NCBI RefSeq assembly: GCF_988242995.1
Contig: NZ_OZ547043.1
Reading direction: 5' to 3' (one strand)
DNA length: 64,000 nt
Shown: piece by piece, positions 55,799-64,000 of the stretch
Layout: each line of letters begins with the position of its first letter
Numbering within the stretch: position 1 is the stretch's first letter
Notes under the pieces: generated by a model
What the model was told of the DNA's origin: nothing
The model's database searches: none
What the model saw: only the letters and a program-made list of their open reading frames with translations
Program-made: the position numbers and the translations under genes

Positions 55799-57080
55799 TG
55801 TGCCTCAGGCGCGATTTCTTTCAATGCCCCATAAATTTAAAGCCTATATTGCTGGTTTTGGCTCGGGCAAAACATGGGTTGGGTGTAGCGGCATATGCAA
55901 GGGGATTTGGGAGCATCCAGGTATAAATCAGGGATATTTTGCGCCAACGTATCCCCAAATTCGCGATATTTTTTACCCTACAGTGGAAGAAGTTGCTGCT
56001 GACTGGGGATTGAACGTAAAAATTAATGAGGGAAATAAAGAGGTTCACTTTTATTACGGACGCCAGTATCGGGGAACCACTATCTGCAGATCGATGGAGA
56101 AGCCACAAACGATCGTCGGTTTCAAAATTGGTAATGCGTTGGTGGATGAACTGGACATTTTGCCGAAGGAAAAAGCCAGAACGGCGTGGCGCAAGATAAT
56201 TGCACGTATGCGTTATAAGATTGATGGACTTCGCAACGGTATTGACGTTACAACCACGCCGGAAGGATTCAAATTTGTCTACGAGCAGTTTGTTAAAGCC
56301 GTGCGTGAAAAAACAGAGCTGGCCTCACTGTATGGTCTGGTGCAGGCATCTACTTTCGATAATGAAAAGAACCTGCCAGCAGATTACATTCCTTCGCTTC
56401 TTGAATCATACCCTCCAGAGCTGATTAAAGCCTATCTTCGAGGACAGTTTACTAACCTGACAAGTGGTACTGTTTACCATCAGTTTGACCGGAAACTGAA
56501 TAATTGCGAAGAAGTGGAGCAGCCAGGGGAGCCGATTTATATTGGGATGGATTTTAACGTTGGAAAGATGGCGGGAATCGTCCATGTGCTGCGTTTGGGG
56601 CTTCCATGTGCGGTAACTGAAATCATCAATGCCTACGATACGCCGGATATGATCCGCATCATTAAAGAACGCTTCTGGCTGTATGATGGGAATGATTACC
56701 GGAAAGTGAGGGAAATTTATATTTATCCAGATGCTTCCGGGGATTCCAGAAAATCAAGTAACGCAAGTACGACGGATATAGCCCAGCTTAAGCAGGCTGG
56801 TTTTAACGTTGTGGTGAACAGCTCGAACCCGCCAGTAAAAGATCGCGTTAACTCAATGAATGCAATGTTCTGCAATGCCAATGGTGAGCGTCGCTATAAA
56901 GTTAATGTGAAGCGTTGCCCGTTATATGCCGAATCTCTGGAGCAACAGGTCTGGGATGAGAAGGGGGAGCCTGATAAAAAATCTGGCAATGATCACCCGA
57001 ATGATGCCGGAGGTTATTTCATCGTTAAGCAATTCCCTATTGTCAAACCGACCGGAAGAGTCACATCACTTCGGATTTAA
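55770..57080 (+). CDS. Terminase large subunit
   Basis: 436 aa; Walker A AGFGSGKTW; C-terminal acidic nuclease-like region; start codon uncertain among M1/M2/M4. Confidence 0.75.
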   Translation: MMKMISPTLNVPQARFLSMPHKFKAYIAGFGSGKTWVGCSGICKGIWEHPGINQGYFAPTYPQIRDIFYPTVEEVAADWGLNVKINEGNKEVHFYYGRQYRGTTICRSMEKPQTIVGFKIGNALVDELDILPKEKARTAWRKIIARMRYKIDGLRNGIDVTTTPEGFKFVYEQFVKAVREKTELASLYGLVQASTFDNEKNLPADYIPSLLESYPPELIKAYLRGQFTNLTSGTVYHQFDRKLNNCEEVEQPGEPIYIGMDFNVGKMAGIVHVLRLGLPCAVTEIINAYDTPDMIRIIKERFWLYDGNDYRKVREIYIYPDASGDSRKSSNASTTDIAQLKQAGFNVVVNSSNPPVKDRVNSMNAMFCNANGERRYKVNVKRCPLYAESLEQQVWDEKGEPDKKSGNDHPNDAGGYFIVKQFPIVKPTGRVTSLRI

Positions 57081-57082
57081 TT

Positions 57083-58489
57083 ATGGCTGATATATCAACA
57101 CCCAACCTCGACTATAACGATATGCTGGAGGCGTGGGATATTAACGACGCACTGATGGGCGGTACGCTTGAAATGCGCAGGCAGGGGGAAAATTATCTCC
57201 CAAAATGGCCTAACGAAGATGAAGACGCTTATAAAAAACGCCTGTCTGTGGCTACGCTACTTCCTGTGTATGAAGAAAGCATCAAGCAAAATATTGGGCG
57301 CATATTTGCAGAGCCGACAGTATTGAGTGAGGAAACGCCGGCAAAAATCAGGGAATATGCAGAAAATATCGACATGGAGGGGAGCCGACTGGATGTGTGG
57401 GCGCAGCAATTTTTCAGCCTCGCATTTCAGTATGGTGTGGCACATGCGCTGGTGGACTATCCACGAACGGATATGAAAGAGATTCGGACAAAAGCCGATG
57501 AAAACGCGACCGGTGGTCGTCCGTACGTTACGATGCTGAATCCACGCCAGGTTATTGGATGGAAATCGAAAGTTGAAAAAGGGAAAGTTGTTCTCACTGA
57601 TTTGCGTATAAAAGAGGTCATCATTATTGATGGTGATGATTTCGGGCAGAAGAAGGTGGAGCAGATCCGCCATATTATGCCCCGTCGAGTTGAAATTTAT
57701 CGACGTAGCGAAGGCACTAATGGCGAATCTGTCTGGACGCTTCATGAGTCATGGAATACCAGCCGTGATGATATTCCTCTGGTAACACTGTACACGAAGA
57801 AAACAGGATTTATGCGTGGTACACCGCCATTGCTTAATCTTGGCTTGCTGAATATCAAGCACTGGCAAAGCCAGAGCGAGCAGGACAATATTCTTCATGT
57901 TGCCCGCGTTCCATTGCTGGTGGCCTACGGGCTGGACAGGAATGAAGAACTGACGGTTGGTGCATCCACCGCTACGATTTTTGAGGACAGAACAAAAAAT
58001 GGCCTCGAATATGTTGAACATAGTGGCGCAGCGATAGAATCTGGCGAAACATCACTTGAGAAGCTGGAAAATCAGATGCGTCATGCCGGCGCTAAACTTC
58101 TGCGTGCTGAAAATACATCCACCAAATCTGTTGATCAGACTAATGAAGAGCGAATGCAGGAAAACTCGCCGCTTTATACAATGGCGAACTCCCTCGAAGA
58201 TGCTCTCGATAATATTCTCCAGATAATGGCGGAATGGATCGGAGAGAGTTGCGGTGGCAATGTGGATGTGCGCACTGAACTGGATGTATCTGCCCAGGTG
58301 TTTGACTCATCCTCCGCGCTGGCTGTTCAGTCATTGCGTCAGGGCGGTGATATACGTCAGATTGATGCGGTTCGGGTGTTGCAGGCGTTGAAATTTATCG
58401 ATCAGGATTCCCGTCCAGAGGAAGTGATCGATGAATTAAAAAATCAGAGTGTAATGCTGATGGAAATCAATGATGCAAACCGTGAATGA
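57083..58489 (+). CDS. Portal protein
   Basis: 468 aa following terminase; size and position. Confidence 0.7.
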   Translation: MADISTPNLDYNDMLEAWDINDALMGGTLEMRRQGENYLPKWPNEDEDAYKKRLSVATLLPVYEESIKQNIGRIFAEPTVLSEETPAKIREYAENIDMEGSRLDVWAQQFFSLAFQYGVAHALVDYPRTDMKEIRTKADENATGGRPYVTMLNPRQVIGWKSKVEKGKVVLTDLRIKEVIIIDGDDFGQKKVEQIRHIMPRRVEIYRRSEGTNGESVWTLHESWNTSRDDIPLVTLYTKKTGFMRGTPPLLNLGLLNIKHWQSQSEQDNILHVARVPLLVAYGLDRNEELTVGASTATIFEDRTKNGLEYVEHSGAAIESGETSLEKLENQMRHAGAKLLRAENTSTKSVDQTNEERMQENSPLYTMANSLEDALDNILQIMAEWIGESCGGNVDVRTELDVSAQVFDSSSALAVQSLRQGGDIRQIDAVRVLQALKFIDQDSRPEEVIDELKNQSVMLMEINDANRE

Positions 58490-59585
58490 ACGGCTGCGTG
58501 ATGAATCAATTGCTCATGCAGTCTGGATATCCCGCTATAGCACTGGCGTGGCTGCCAGAATGGTGAAAATACTGAATGACAGCGATGCGGAACTTACTGC
58601 TCGCCTGCTGATAGCACTGGACAGCCTCGATCCAGGTAATTTTACCGTTAAGCGCCTGGAGTCACTTCTGGCGAGCGTCAGAGAGGTTAACCGCACTGCT
58701 ATTAACAGCATGTTTACCAGTCTCTCCGGAGAGCTGAACGAGCTGGCAATTTATGAGGCTGGTTATCAGTTAAGTCTGTTTGATTCTATGCTACCTGATT
58801 TTGTTGCTGATGTTCACCCTCTGGTTGGTATCTCTCCTGATGCACTTTATGCCGCTGCAATGGCGCGACCATTCCAGGGACGACTGCTCAGTGAGTGGGC
58901 CTCAGATCTTGAGGCGGATCGGCTCAGACGCATAACAAATACAGTGCGTCAGGGTTTTTTGCTGGGGGATACCAATGAGCAGATCGCAAGAAAAATTCGG
59001 GGACATGTCAGTAAGGGATTTCAGGATGGTGCATTGCAGATGAGCCGGGCTAATGCGGCCAGCATTGCAAAAACAGCGGTTGGACATCTTGCTGCTACTG
59101 CCCGTGAGAGTTTTGCCAGCGCGAATAATGATTTGATTAAGGGTAAGCAATGGTTATCAACGCTTGATAATCGTACTACGCCACAATGTCGAATCAGGGA
59201 TCGCCTCAAATATACGCTGAATAATAAACCTGTAGGTCACAGCGTGCCTTATTTGCAGGGGCCGGGAAAAATTCATTTCTGCTGCCGCTCAACGGAAACG
59301 TTCATTCTGAAATCAGCGAAGGAACTGGGTATTGATGTTCGCGATATTTCCCCGGCTGAGCGGGCCAGCATGGATGGCGTGGTGGCCGGAGATACAACCT
59401 ACAGGGAATGGTTTTTGCGTCAGCCTTACACCAGACAAAAACAGATTGTGGGGGAAACCCGAGCAAAGCTGATTCGGGATGGTGGTATGTCGCCAGATGA
59501 ATTTTACACCGATAAAGGCGAATGGCTGACGCTGAAGCAGCTCCGTGAGCGTGATGCACAGGTATTCAGAAAAGCAGGGATTTAA
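58470..59585 (+). CDS. Head morphogenesis / minor head protein (Mu F-like, candidate)
   Basis: 371 aa immediately after portal, overlapping its 3' end. Confidence 0.55.
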   Translation: MMQTVNERLRDESIAHAVWISRYSTGVAARMVKILNDSDAELTARLLIALDSLDPGNFTVKRLESLLASVREVNRTAINSMFTSLSGELNELAIYEAGYQLSLFDSMLPDFVADVHPLVGISPDALYAAAMARPFQGRLLSEWASDLEADRLRRITNTVRQGFLLGDTNEQIARKIRGHVSKGFQDGALQMSRANAASIAKTAVGHLAATARESFASANNDLIKGKQWLSTLDNRTTPQCRIRDRLKYTLNNKPVGHSVPYLQGPGKIHFCCRSTETFILKSAKELGIDVRDISPAERASMDGVVAGDTTYREWFLRQPYTRQKQIVGETRAKLIRDGGMSPDEFYTDKGEWLTLKQLRERDAQVFRKAGI

Positions 59586-59604
59586 ATAAATCATTTATTA
59601 CAAC

Positions 59605-59629
59605 AGGCTACCTTCGGGTGGCCTTTTTT
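59605..59629 (+). terminator. Rho-independent terminator after head morphogenesis gene
   Basis: AGGCTACC-TTCG-GGTGGCCT followed by TTTTTT. Confidence 0.6.
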
Positions 59630-59689
59630 ATTGCTGCGATCCGGATGGTGAGCAGCGTAACTGTCGGAAGACTTAAACCAGGTACTAAT

Positions 59690-60454
59690 ATGAAACTGAA
59701 AACGGTCGAGATTAACGGAAAACAATACGCAGAAATTGATACTGCTGGCCTGCCAGTTTATGTGCACGACGATGGTAAAGAAATTGGCTTCGATGCACCG
59801 CTGGCGACAAAAAAAATTACAGAGCTTAATGGCGAGGCAAAAAATCATCGCCTGGCTAAAGAAGCTGCAGAGGAAAAACTGGCTAAGTTTGCCGCTATCG
59901 AAGACCCGAAGAAGGCGATCGAGGCACTGGAAATGCTGTCAAAAATCGACCAGAAAAAGCTGCTCGATGCGGGACAGGTTGACCAGGTTAAGGCAGAAAT
60001 TACGAAAAATTTTCAGCAGCAATTAGATGAAGAAAAGCAACGCTCTCAGATGCTGGAGAAGCAGCTTTACGATTCTATGATTGGCGGTAGTTTTGCGGGT
60101 TCAAAATATATTGCCGATAAAATTGCGATCCCGGCAGATTTATTACAAGCCCGCTTCGGGCAGGCATTCAAAGTGGAAGAAGGGAGGATCGTTGCTTATG
60201 ACGCTTCCGGCAACAAAATTTATTCCCGCGCGAAGCCTGGCGAACTGGCGCAGTTTGATGAGGCGCTGGAGTTCCTTGTCGAAAATTACCCTCAGAAAGA
60301 CTACATCCTGAAAGCCAGTGGCAACAATGGCGGCGGCTCCCGTCCGACACAGCATGATATTGGTCAGAAAACGATGAAACGCTCTGCTTTTGATGCACTG
60401 GATGTTGCAGGTAAGCAAAACGCATTGAAAGACGGTATCACAATCGTTGATTAA
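59690..60454 (+). CDS. Scaffolding protein (candidate)
   Basis: about 254 aa from MKLKTVEINGKQYAEID; charged coiled-coil-like middle; precedes capsid gene. Confidence 0.5.
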   Translation: MKLKTVEINGKQYAEIDTAGLPVYVHDDGKEIGFDAPLATKKITELNGEAKNHRLAKEAAEEKLAKFAAIEDPKKAIEALEMLSKIDQKKLLDAGQVDQVKAEITKNFQQQLDEEKQRSQMLEKQLYDSMIGGSFAGSKYIADKIAIPADLLQARFGQAFKVEEGRIVAYDASGNKIYSRAKPGELAQFDEALEFLVENYPQKDYILKASGNNGGGSRPTQHDIGQKTMKRSAFDALDVAGKQNALKDGITIVD

Positions 60455-60552
60455 CACATTTGTCAGCTTCCGGATGGGAGCTGGTGTCAGGGCTGGATAG
60501 CTCATTACTCCATCTATTCACAATTACGCAAATTTTTAAGGAATATTTAATT

Positions 60553-61692
60553 ATGGCTGGAAATACCCTGACCGGGTTGATCCCGACTATTTATACCGCC
60601 CTGGATGTTGTATCCCGTGAGCAGGTAGGTTTTATCCCTGCGGTAGCAAAAAACGCAAAAGCTGACGCCGCAGCAAAAGATCAGACGGTAACCGCGCCAG
60701 TTGCGCCTGAGGCGAAAACCGAAGATATCGTACCGGGGCCGTCAGCTCCGAATACCGGTGATCAAAATATTGGCACTGTTGATGTAAAAATTACTAAATC
60801 CAAAATGGCACCGGTTAAATGGAATGGTGAAGAACAACTGGCTCTTGGCCCTTCAGGGACTTACAACACCATTCTGGCTGATCAGTTCAAGCAGGCTTTT
60901 CGCGCCCTTGCAAACGAGGTTGAGGCTGATCTTGGTGCGTTGTATTTCGGTGCTTCCCGCGCCGTGGGAACCGCAGGGACAACGCCGTTTGGTGTTAAAG
61001 ATGATCTTTCTGATGCTGCTCTGGCTCGTCAGGTTCTGGAGGATAACGGCGCACCGACAACCGATCTGCAGATGGTGCTTGGCTCCACTGCCATTGCTAA
61101 TTTGCGCGGAAAACAGTCTGTATTGTTTAAAGTGAATGAATCCGGCACTGAACAGCTACTGCGTGAGGGCGTGTTGGGGCGTCTGGAGGGATTCAATATT
61201 CACAGTTCGGCAGGTGTGAAACGAGCGCCAAAGGTTGCTGCAACTGGTTATCTCGTGAATGGAGAGAAAAAAGAAGGCGATGTTCTTATTTCCATTGATA
61301 CTGGTTCGGGGAGTATTTCTGCAGGTCAGATTGTTACGTTCGCTGGTGATCCGAATCAGTATGTTGTGGCAGCAGCGACCAGCAATCTGATTACTCTTGC
61401 AGCGCCCGGACTGCGTCAGGATCTGGCCGATGATACTGCCATCACAGTTGTTGGGGCCTTTACTGCAAATATGGCGTTTGATCGCAACGCGTTTCTGCTG
61501 GCATCCCGTACTCCGGCAATGCCGGAAGGTGGCGATAATGCTGATGATGTAATGAATGTTACGGACCCGATTTCAGGGATTACGTTCCAGATTGCACTGT
61601 ATCGTCAGTATCGCCAGGTGCGCTATGAAGTTGGACTGGCATGGGGTGTTTCATCAGTGAAGCCGGCACATGGTTGTCTGATTCTTGGTTAA
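60553..61692 (+). CDS. Major capsid protein (candidate)
   Basis: about 379 aa from MAGNTLTGLIPTIYTALDVVSRE; followed by strong terminator. Confidence 0.6.
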   Translation: MAGNTLTGLIPTIYTALDVVSREQVGFIPAVAKNAKADAAAKDQTVTAPVAPEAKTEDIVPGPSAPNTGDQNIGTVDVKITKSKMAPVKWNGEEQLALGPSGTYNTILADQFKQAFRALANEVEADLGALYFGASRAVGTAGTTPFGVKDDLSDAALARQVLEDNGAPTTDLQMVLGSTAIANLRGKQSVLFKVNESGTEQLLREGVLGRLEGFNIHSSAGVKRAPKVAATGYLVNGEKKEGDVLISIDTGSGSISAGQIVTFAGDPNQYVVAAATSNLITLAAPGLRQDLADDTAITVVGAFTANMAFDRNAFLLASRTPAMPEGGDNADDVMNVTDPISGITFQIALYRQYRQVRYEVGLAWGVSSVKPAHGCLILG

Positions 61693-61701
61693 ACATTCAA
61701 A

Positions 61702-61722
61702 CGGGGCTTCGGCCCCATTTTT
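61702..61722 (+). terminator. Rho-independent terminator after capsid gene
   Basis: GGGGC-TTCG-GCCCC followed by ATTTTT. Confidence 0.55.
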
Positions 61723-61734
61723 AATGGAGGGCAT

Positions 61735-61911
61735 ATGGCCGGATTAACTAAAGAGCAAAGAGCACAGCGTGAAGCCGCACAAAAAACGCAAATTGAGTTA
61801 GTGGTTATGGTGACCGATTATCAGATGTTTCCCGGCGCACCAACTATCGCTAATGTTCATCCTGATGAAGTTGACAACTGGAAGGCTATGGGCTGGAAAA
61901 CTCAGGAGTAA
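61735..61911 (+). CDS. Small phage protein (58 aa), function unknown
   Basis: GGAGG RBS then ATG; MAGLTKEQRAQREAAQKTQIELVVMVTDYQMFPGAPTIANVHPDEVDNWKAMGWKTQE. Confidence 0.5.
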   Translation: MAGLTKEQRAQREAAQKTQIELVVMVTDYQMFPGAPTIANVHPDEVDNWKAMGWKTQE

Positions 61912-61914
61912 CAC

Positions 61915-62310
61915 ATGATCACTTACGTGACCTGTGATGACGTTGATAATGCGTTTGGGAACGCCTGGACGAGTGAGAACGCTAAAAATAAAGCTGTTTT
62001 AATGGCTAATGCCTGGCTTAATGGCTTCAACCTGAAAATTAACCCATCCCGTATTCCGGAAGAGGTAAAACTTGCGGGAGCATATGCAGCCAGAATTGCC
62101 TCATTCGGTAAGTTGTTTCAGCAGAAAAATGATTCTGGCGTTGTTATCAGTAAAGCCGTGTCGGCTGACGGGGTCAGTGTATCGAAATCATTTGCTGAGT
62201 TGCCAGCAAACAGCACTGTATTGCTTGAACCCGATTTACAGCTTGCGATAGCACTGCTGAAACCGTACGGACTTAGTCGCTCACAAGTCAGGGTTGTGAG
62301 GGGGGGATAA
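61915..62310 (+). CDS. Head-tail connector / head completion protein (candidate)
   Basis: 131 aa; first of four tightly coupled small genes between capsid and tail genes. Confidence 0.45.
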   Translation: MITYVTCDDVDNAFGNAWTSENAKNKAVLMANAWLNGFNLKINPSRIPEEVKLAGAYAARIASFGKLFQQKNDSGVVISKAVSADGVSVSKSFAELPANSTVLLEPDLQLAIALLKPYGLSRSQVRVVRGG

Positions 62311-62693
62311 TGGGGCTTCGTGAAGAGATTCAGTCAGAGGTTGCCGCTGCTTTTGATGAGGATTTAGCGGACGCCGTGAGTGATTTTTCTGGTTCTTACG
62401 TTACGCACCGGCACTGGGATCCTGTGACGGAAACTGGCGGCGAATCCACCGCAATCTATACCGGGCGAGGCGTGTTGACACGTTATAAGCTGGGCAGAAT
62501 TGATGGGATTAATATTTTGCATGGTGACCTTAAATTAACCGCTCTGGTATGCGAGGTTACGGATAAACCCGCTGTCGACCATATTATTGAGATTTATGAT
62601 CCTGTATTAAGGCAGTTACAACGATACGAGGTAATTACAGCGAGTGTAGATCCTTCCGCATCAGTTTACTCTATCCAGTTAAGGAGAGCGTAA
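62310..62693 (+). CDS. Head-tail joining protein (candidate)
   Basis: 127 aa; start overlaps previous stop. Confidence 0.45.
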   Translation: MGLREEIQSEVAAAFDEDLADAVSDFSGSYVTHRHWDPVTETGGESTAIYTGRGVLTRYKLGRIDGINILHGDLKLTALVCEVTDKPAVDHIIEIYDPVLRQLQRYEVITASVDPSASVYSIQLRRA

Positions 62694-63074
62694 ATGGCAA
62701 AGGCATGGGATATAGAACCGTCAATATTTGCCGGGATGATTGAGGAAGATGTGGGGCTGAAAATTCGCTACATCGCTATGCAGATTCTTACTGCTATTGA
62801 TATTGCTGCTCCGGTTGATACCGGACGTTTCAGAAATAACAACCTGGTGTCGTTACAGCATCCCGATTTTGGTATATCTGATAACGTGGATCCGAACGGT
62901 ACGATTGCGGTTCAGCGTGGGATCGGGGTTATTTCGAAAGCTGCAAATTACGGAGTTATTTATATCCAGAATAACCTTCCTTATGCAGAGGCTCTTGAAA
63001 ACGGTCATTCACAACAAGCGCCAACTGGCGTGTATGCCAACGCTTTTCATGGTGTTTTACAGGCTTACAAATGA
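62694..63074 (+). CDS. Head-tail adaptor / tail completion protein (candidate)
   Basis: 126 aa; coupled. Confidence 0.45.
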   Translation: MAKAWDIEPSIFAGMIEEDVGLKIRYIAMQILTAIDIAAPVDTGRFRNNNLVSLQHPDFGISDNVDPNGTIAVQRGIGVISKAANYGVIYIQNNLPYAEALENGHSQQAPTGVYANAFHGVLQAYK

Positions 63075-63463
63075 CGTTTACTGAAATCAGAAATACGGTT
63101 ATTTCCAGAATGACGGCACAGACGATTATTGATGGAAAAGACGTATTGTATCCGAACGCGCCAACGTTCGATCCTTCCGGTAAGTTAATCTGGGCGCGGT
63201 TAAGTAATATTCCCGGGCAGGCTGGAGTTAATGAAATTGGCGCGGGGCCGATTGTTTATCGCACGGGGATAATCATTATTCAGTTATTTGTCCCCGCAGG
63301 TTCTGGTTCAAAACTCATTACTGAGACAGCCGATAAATTGCGGGAACTGTTTGAGTTTCAGGATGACGATCGTCTCAGTTACCAGGCTGTTTCCTCAATA
63401 GCCGTTGGCGAAAAGAATGGCTGGTTCCAGCTTAATCTTCAAATTCCATATCGCGCGCTCTAG
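63071..63463 (+). CDS. Tail terminator / neck protein (candidate)
   Basis: 130 aa; overlaps previous stop by 4 nt. Confidence 0.45.
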   Translation: MTFTEIRNTVISRMTAQTIIDGKDVLYPNAPTFDPSGKLIWARLSNIPGQAGVNEIGAGPIVYRTGIIIIQLFVPAGSGSKLITETADKLRELFEFQDDDRLSYQAVSSIAVGEKNGWFQLNLQIPYRAL

Positions 63464-63489
63464 CGCAATTAATGACATAGGAGGCTCCT

Positions 63490-64000
63490 GTGAGTTCAGG
63501 TGCAAAGGTTATCTCGGCATTTATCCGGGAGACGGTTGCAGGCACTACGCCAGCAAGTGGTGACTGGAGTTTATTAAAACGCACAAGCTGGGGAGTAAAA
63601 CCCACCCAGAATAAAGGCGAAAATAATGAGATTGGTGGCTCCCGGATGGCTCAGGGGGCGACGCCTGGCACTGTGGATGTCGGCGGTGATGTTGGTACCA
63701 AATTTCGCTGGGGTCAACATGATGATTTTCTTGCATCCTGTTTCGGCGCGGAATGGTCAGGCGATTCTCTGACAATGGGGAATGAGCGAATAACATTTTC
63801 TCTGGCGACCTATGCGTCCGATGTCGGAATTGCCTCTGTCGTCAGAGGAGCGCAGGTTGGCTCATGGAAAATGCAGATCCCTAACGACGGCGATATTACA
63901 GCGACCGTAACCTTTGCCGGACTGGACTGGGAATCAAAGGCCGATGATACGAATTTTATCAAAGGCGAACCTGTGGATAGTGCAGGAAAGCTACGTTATT
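63490..64000 (+). CDS. Major tail protein (candidate), 3' end beyond window
   Basis: GTG start after GGAGG; open frame to window end (VSSGAKVISAFIRETVAGTTPASGDW...). Confidence 0.45.
   Translation, partial: MSSGAKVISAFIRETVAGTTPASGDWSLLKRTSWGVKPTQNKGENNEIGGSRMAQGATPGTVDVGGDVGTKFRWGQHDDFLASCFGAEWSGDSLTMGNERITFSLATYASDVGIASVVRGAQVGSWKMQIPNDGDITATVTFAGLDWESKADDTNFIKGEPVDSAGKLRY

Larger units (their letters stand above)
30088..64000. mobile_element. Rac-type lambdoid prophage (left end at ttcA; right end beyond window)
   Basis: Contiguous integrase, recET, immunity, replication, Q, lysis, terminase, portal and capsid genes. Confidence 0.85.

Noticed and set aside
63545-63796. 83-aa minus-strand ORF inside the putative major tail gene
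   Set aside because: Antisense to a continuous plus-strand frame with a good RBS; His/Pro-rich artefact.

Overview
This window is an Escherichia coli chromosomal segment that is K-12-like from pspF to ttcA (1..30087) and then enters a Rac-type lambdoid prophage integrated at the 5' end of ttcA, which runs past the window end (about 30088..64000). Gene identities come from reading the ORF translations and recalling protein families; no database search was run. The core part carries pspF(partial)-pspABCDE, ycjX-ycjF, tyrR, tpx, ycjG, mpaA, ycjY, pgrR, mppA, ynaI, ynaJ, uspE, fnr, ogt, abgTBA-abgR, the sRNAs McaS and FnrS, smrA, dgcM, zntB, dbpA and ttcA. The prophage is far more complete than the K-12 Rac remnant: intR-xisR-ydaC-ralR-recT-recE, racC-ydaE-kilR-sieB-ydaFG, racR-ydaSTUVW, a nin/Q region, a lambda-like lysis cassette, trkG, and an intact packaging and head module. 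Two direct copies of an IS200-type element sit at the recE/racC junction and just downstream of the Q gene. The most interesting feature is an AT-rich two-gene cargo cassette on the minus strand (42844..45737): an ABC-ATPase/Toprim (OLD-family-like) protein followed by a complete C5-cytosine DNA methyltransferase, a candidate restriction-modification-like or anti-phage defence module. A hok-family type I toxin gene lies immediately upstream of it. No CRISPR array, rRNA or tRNA gene was recognised.
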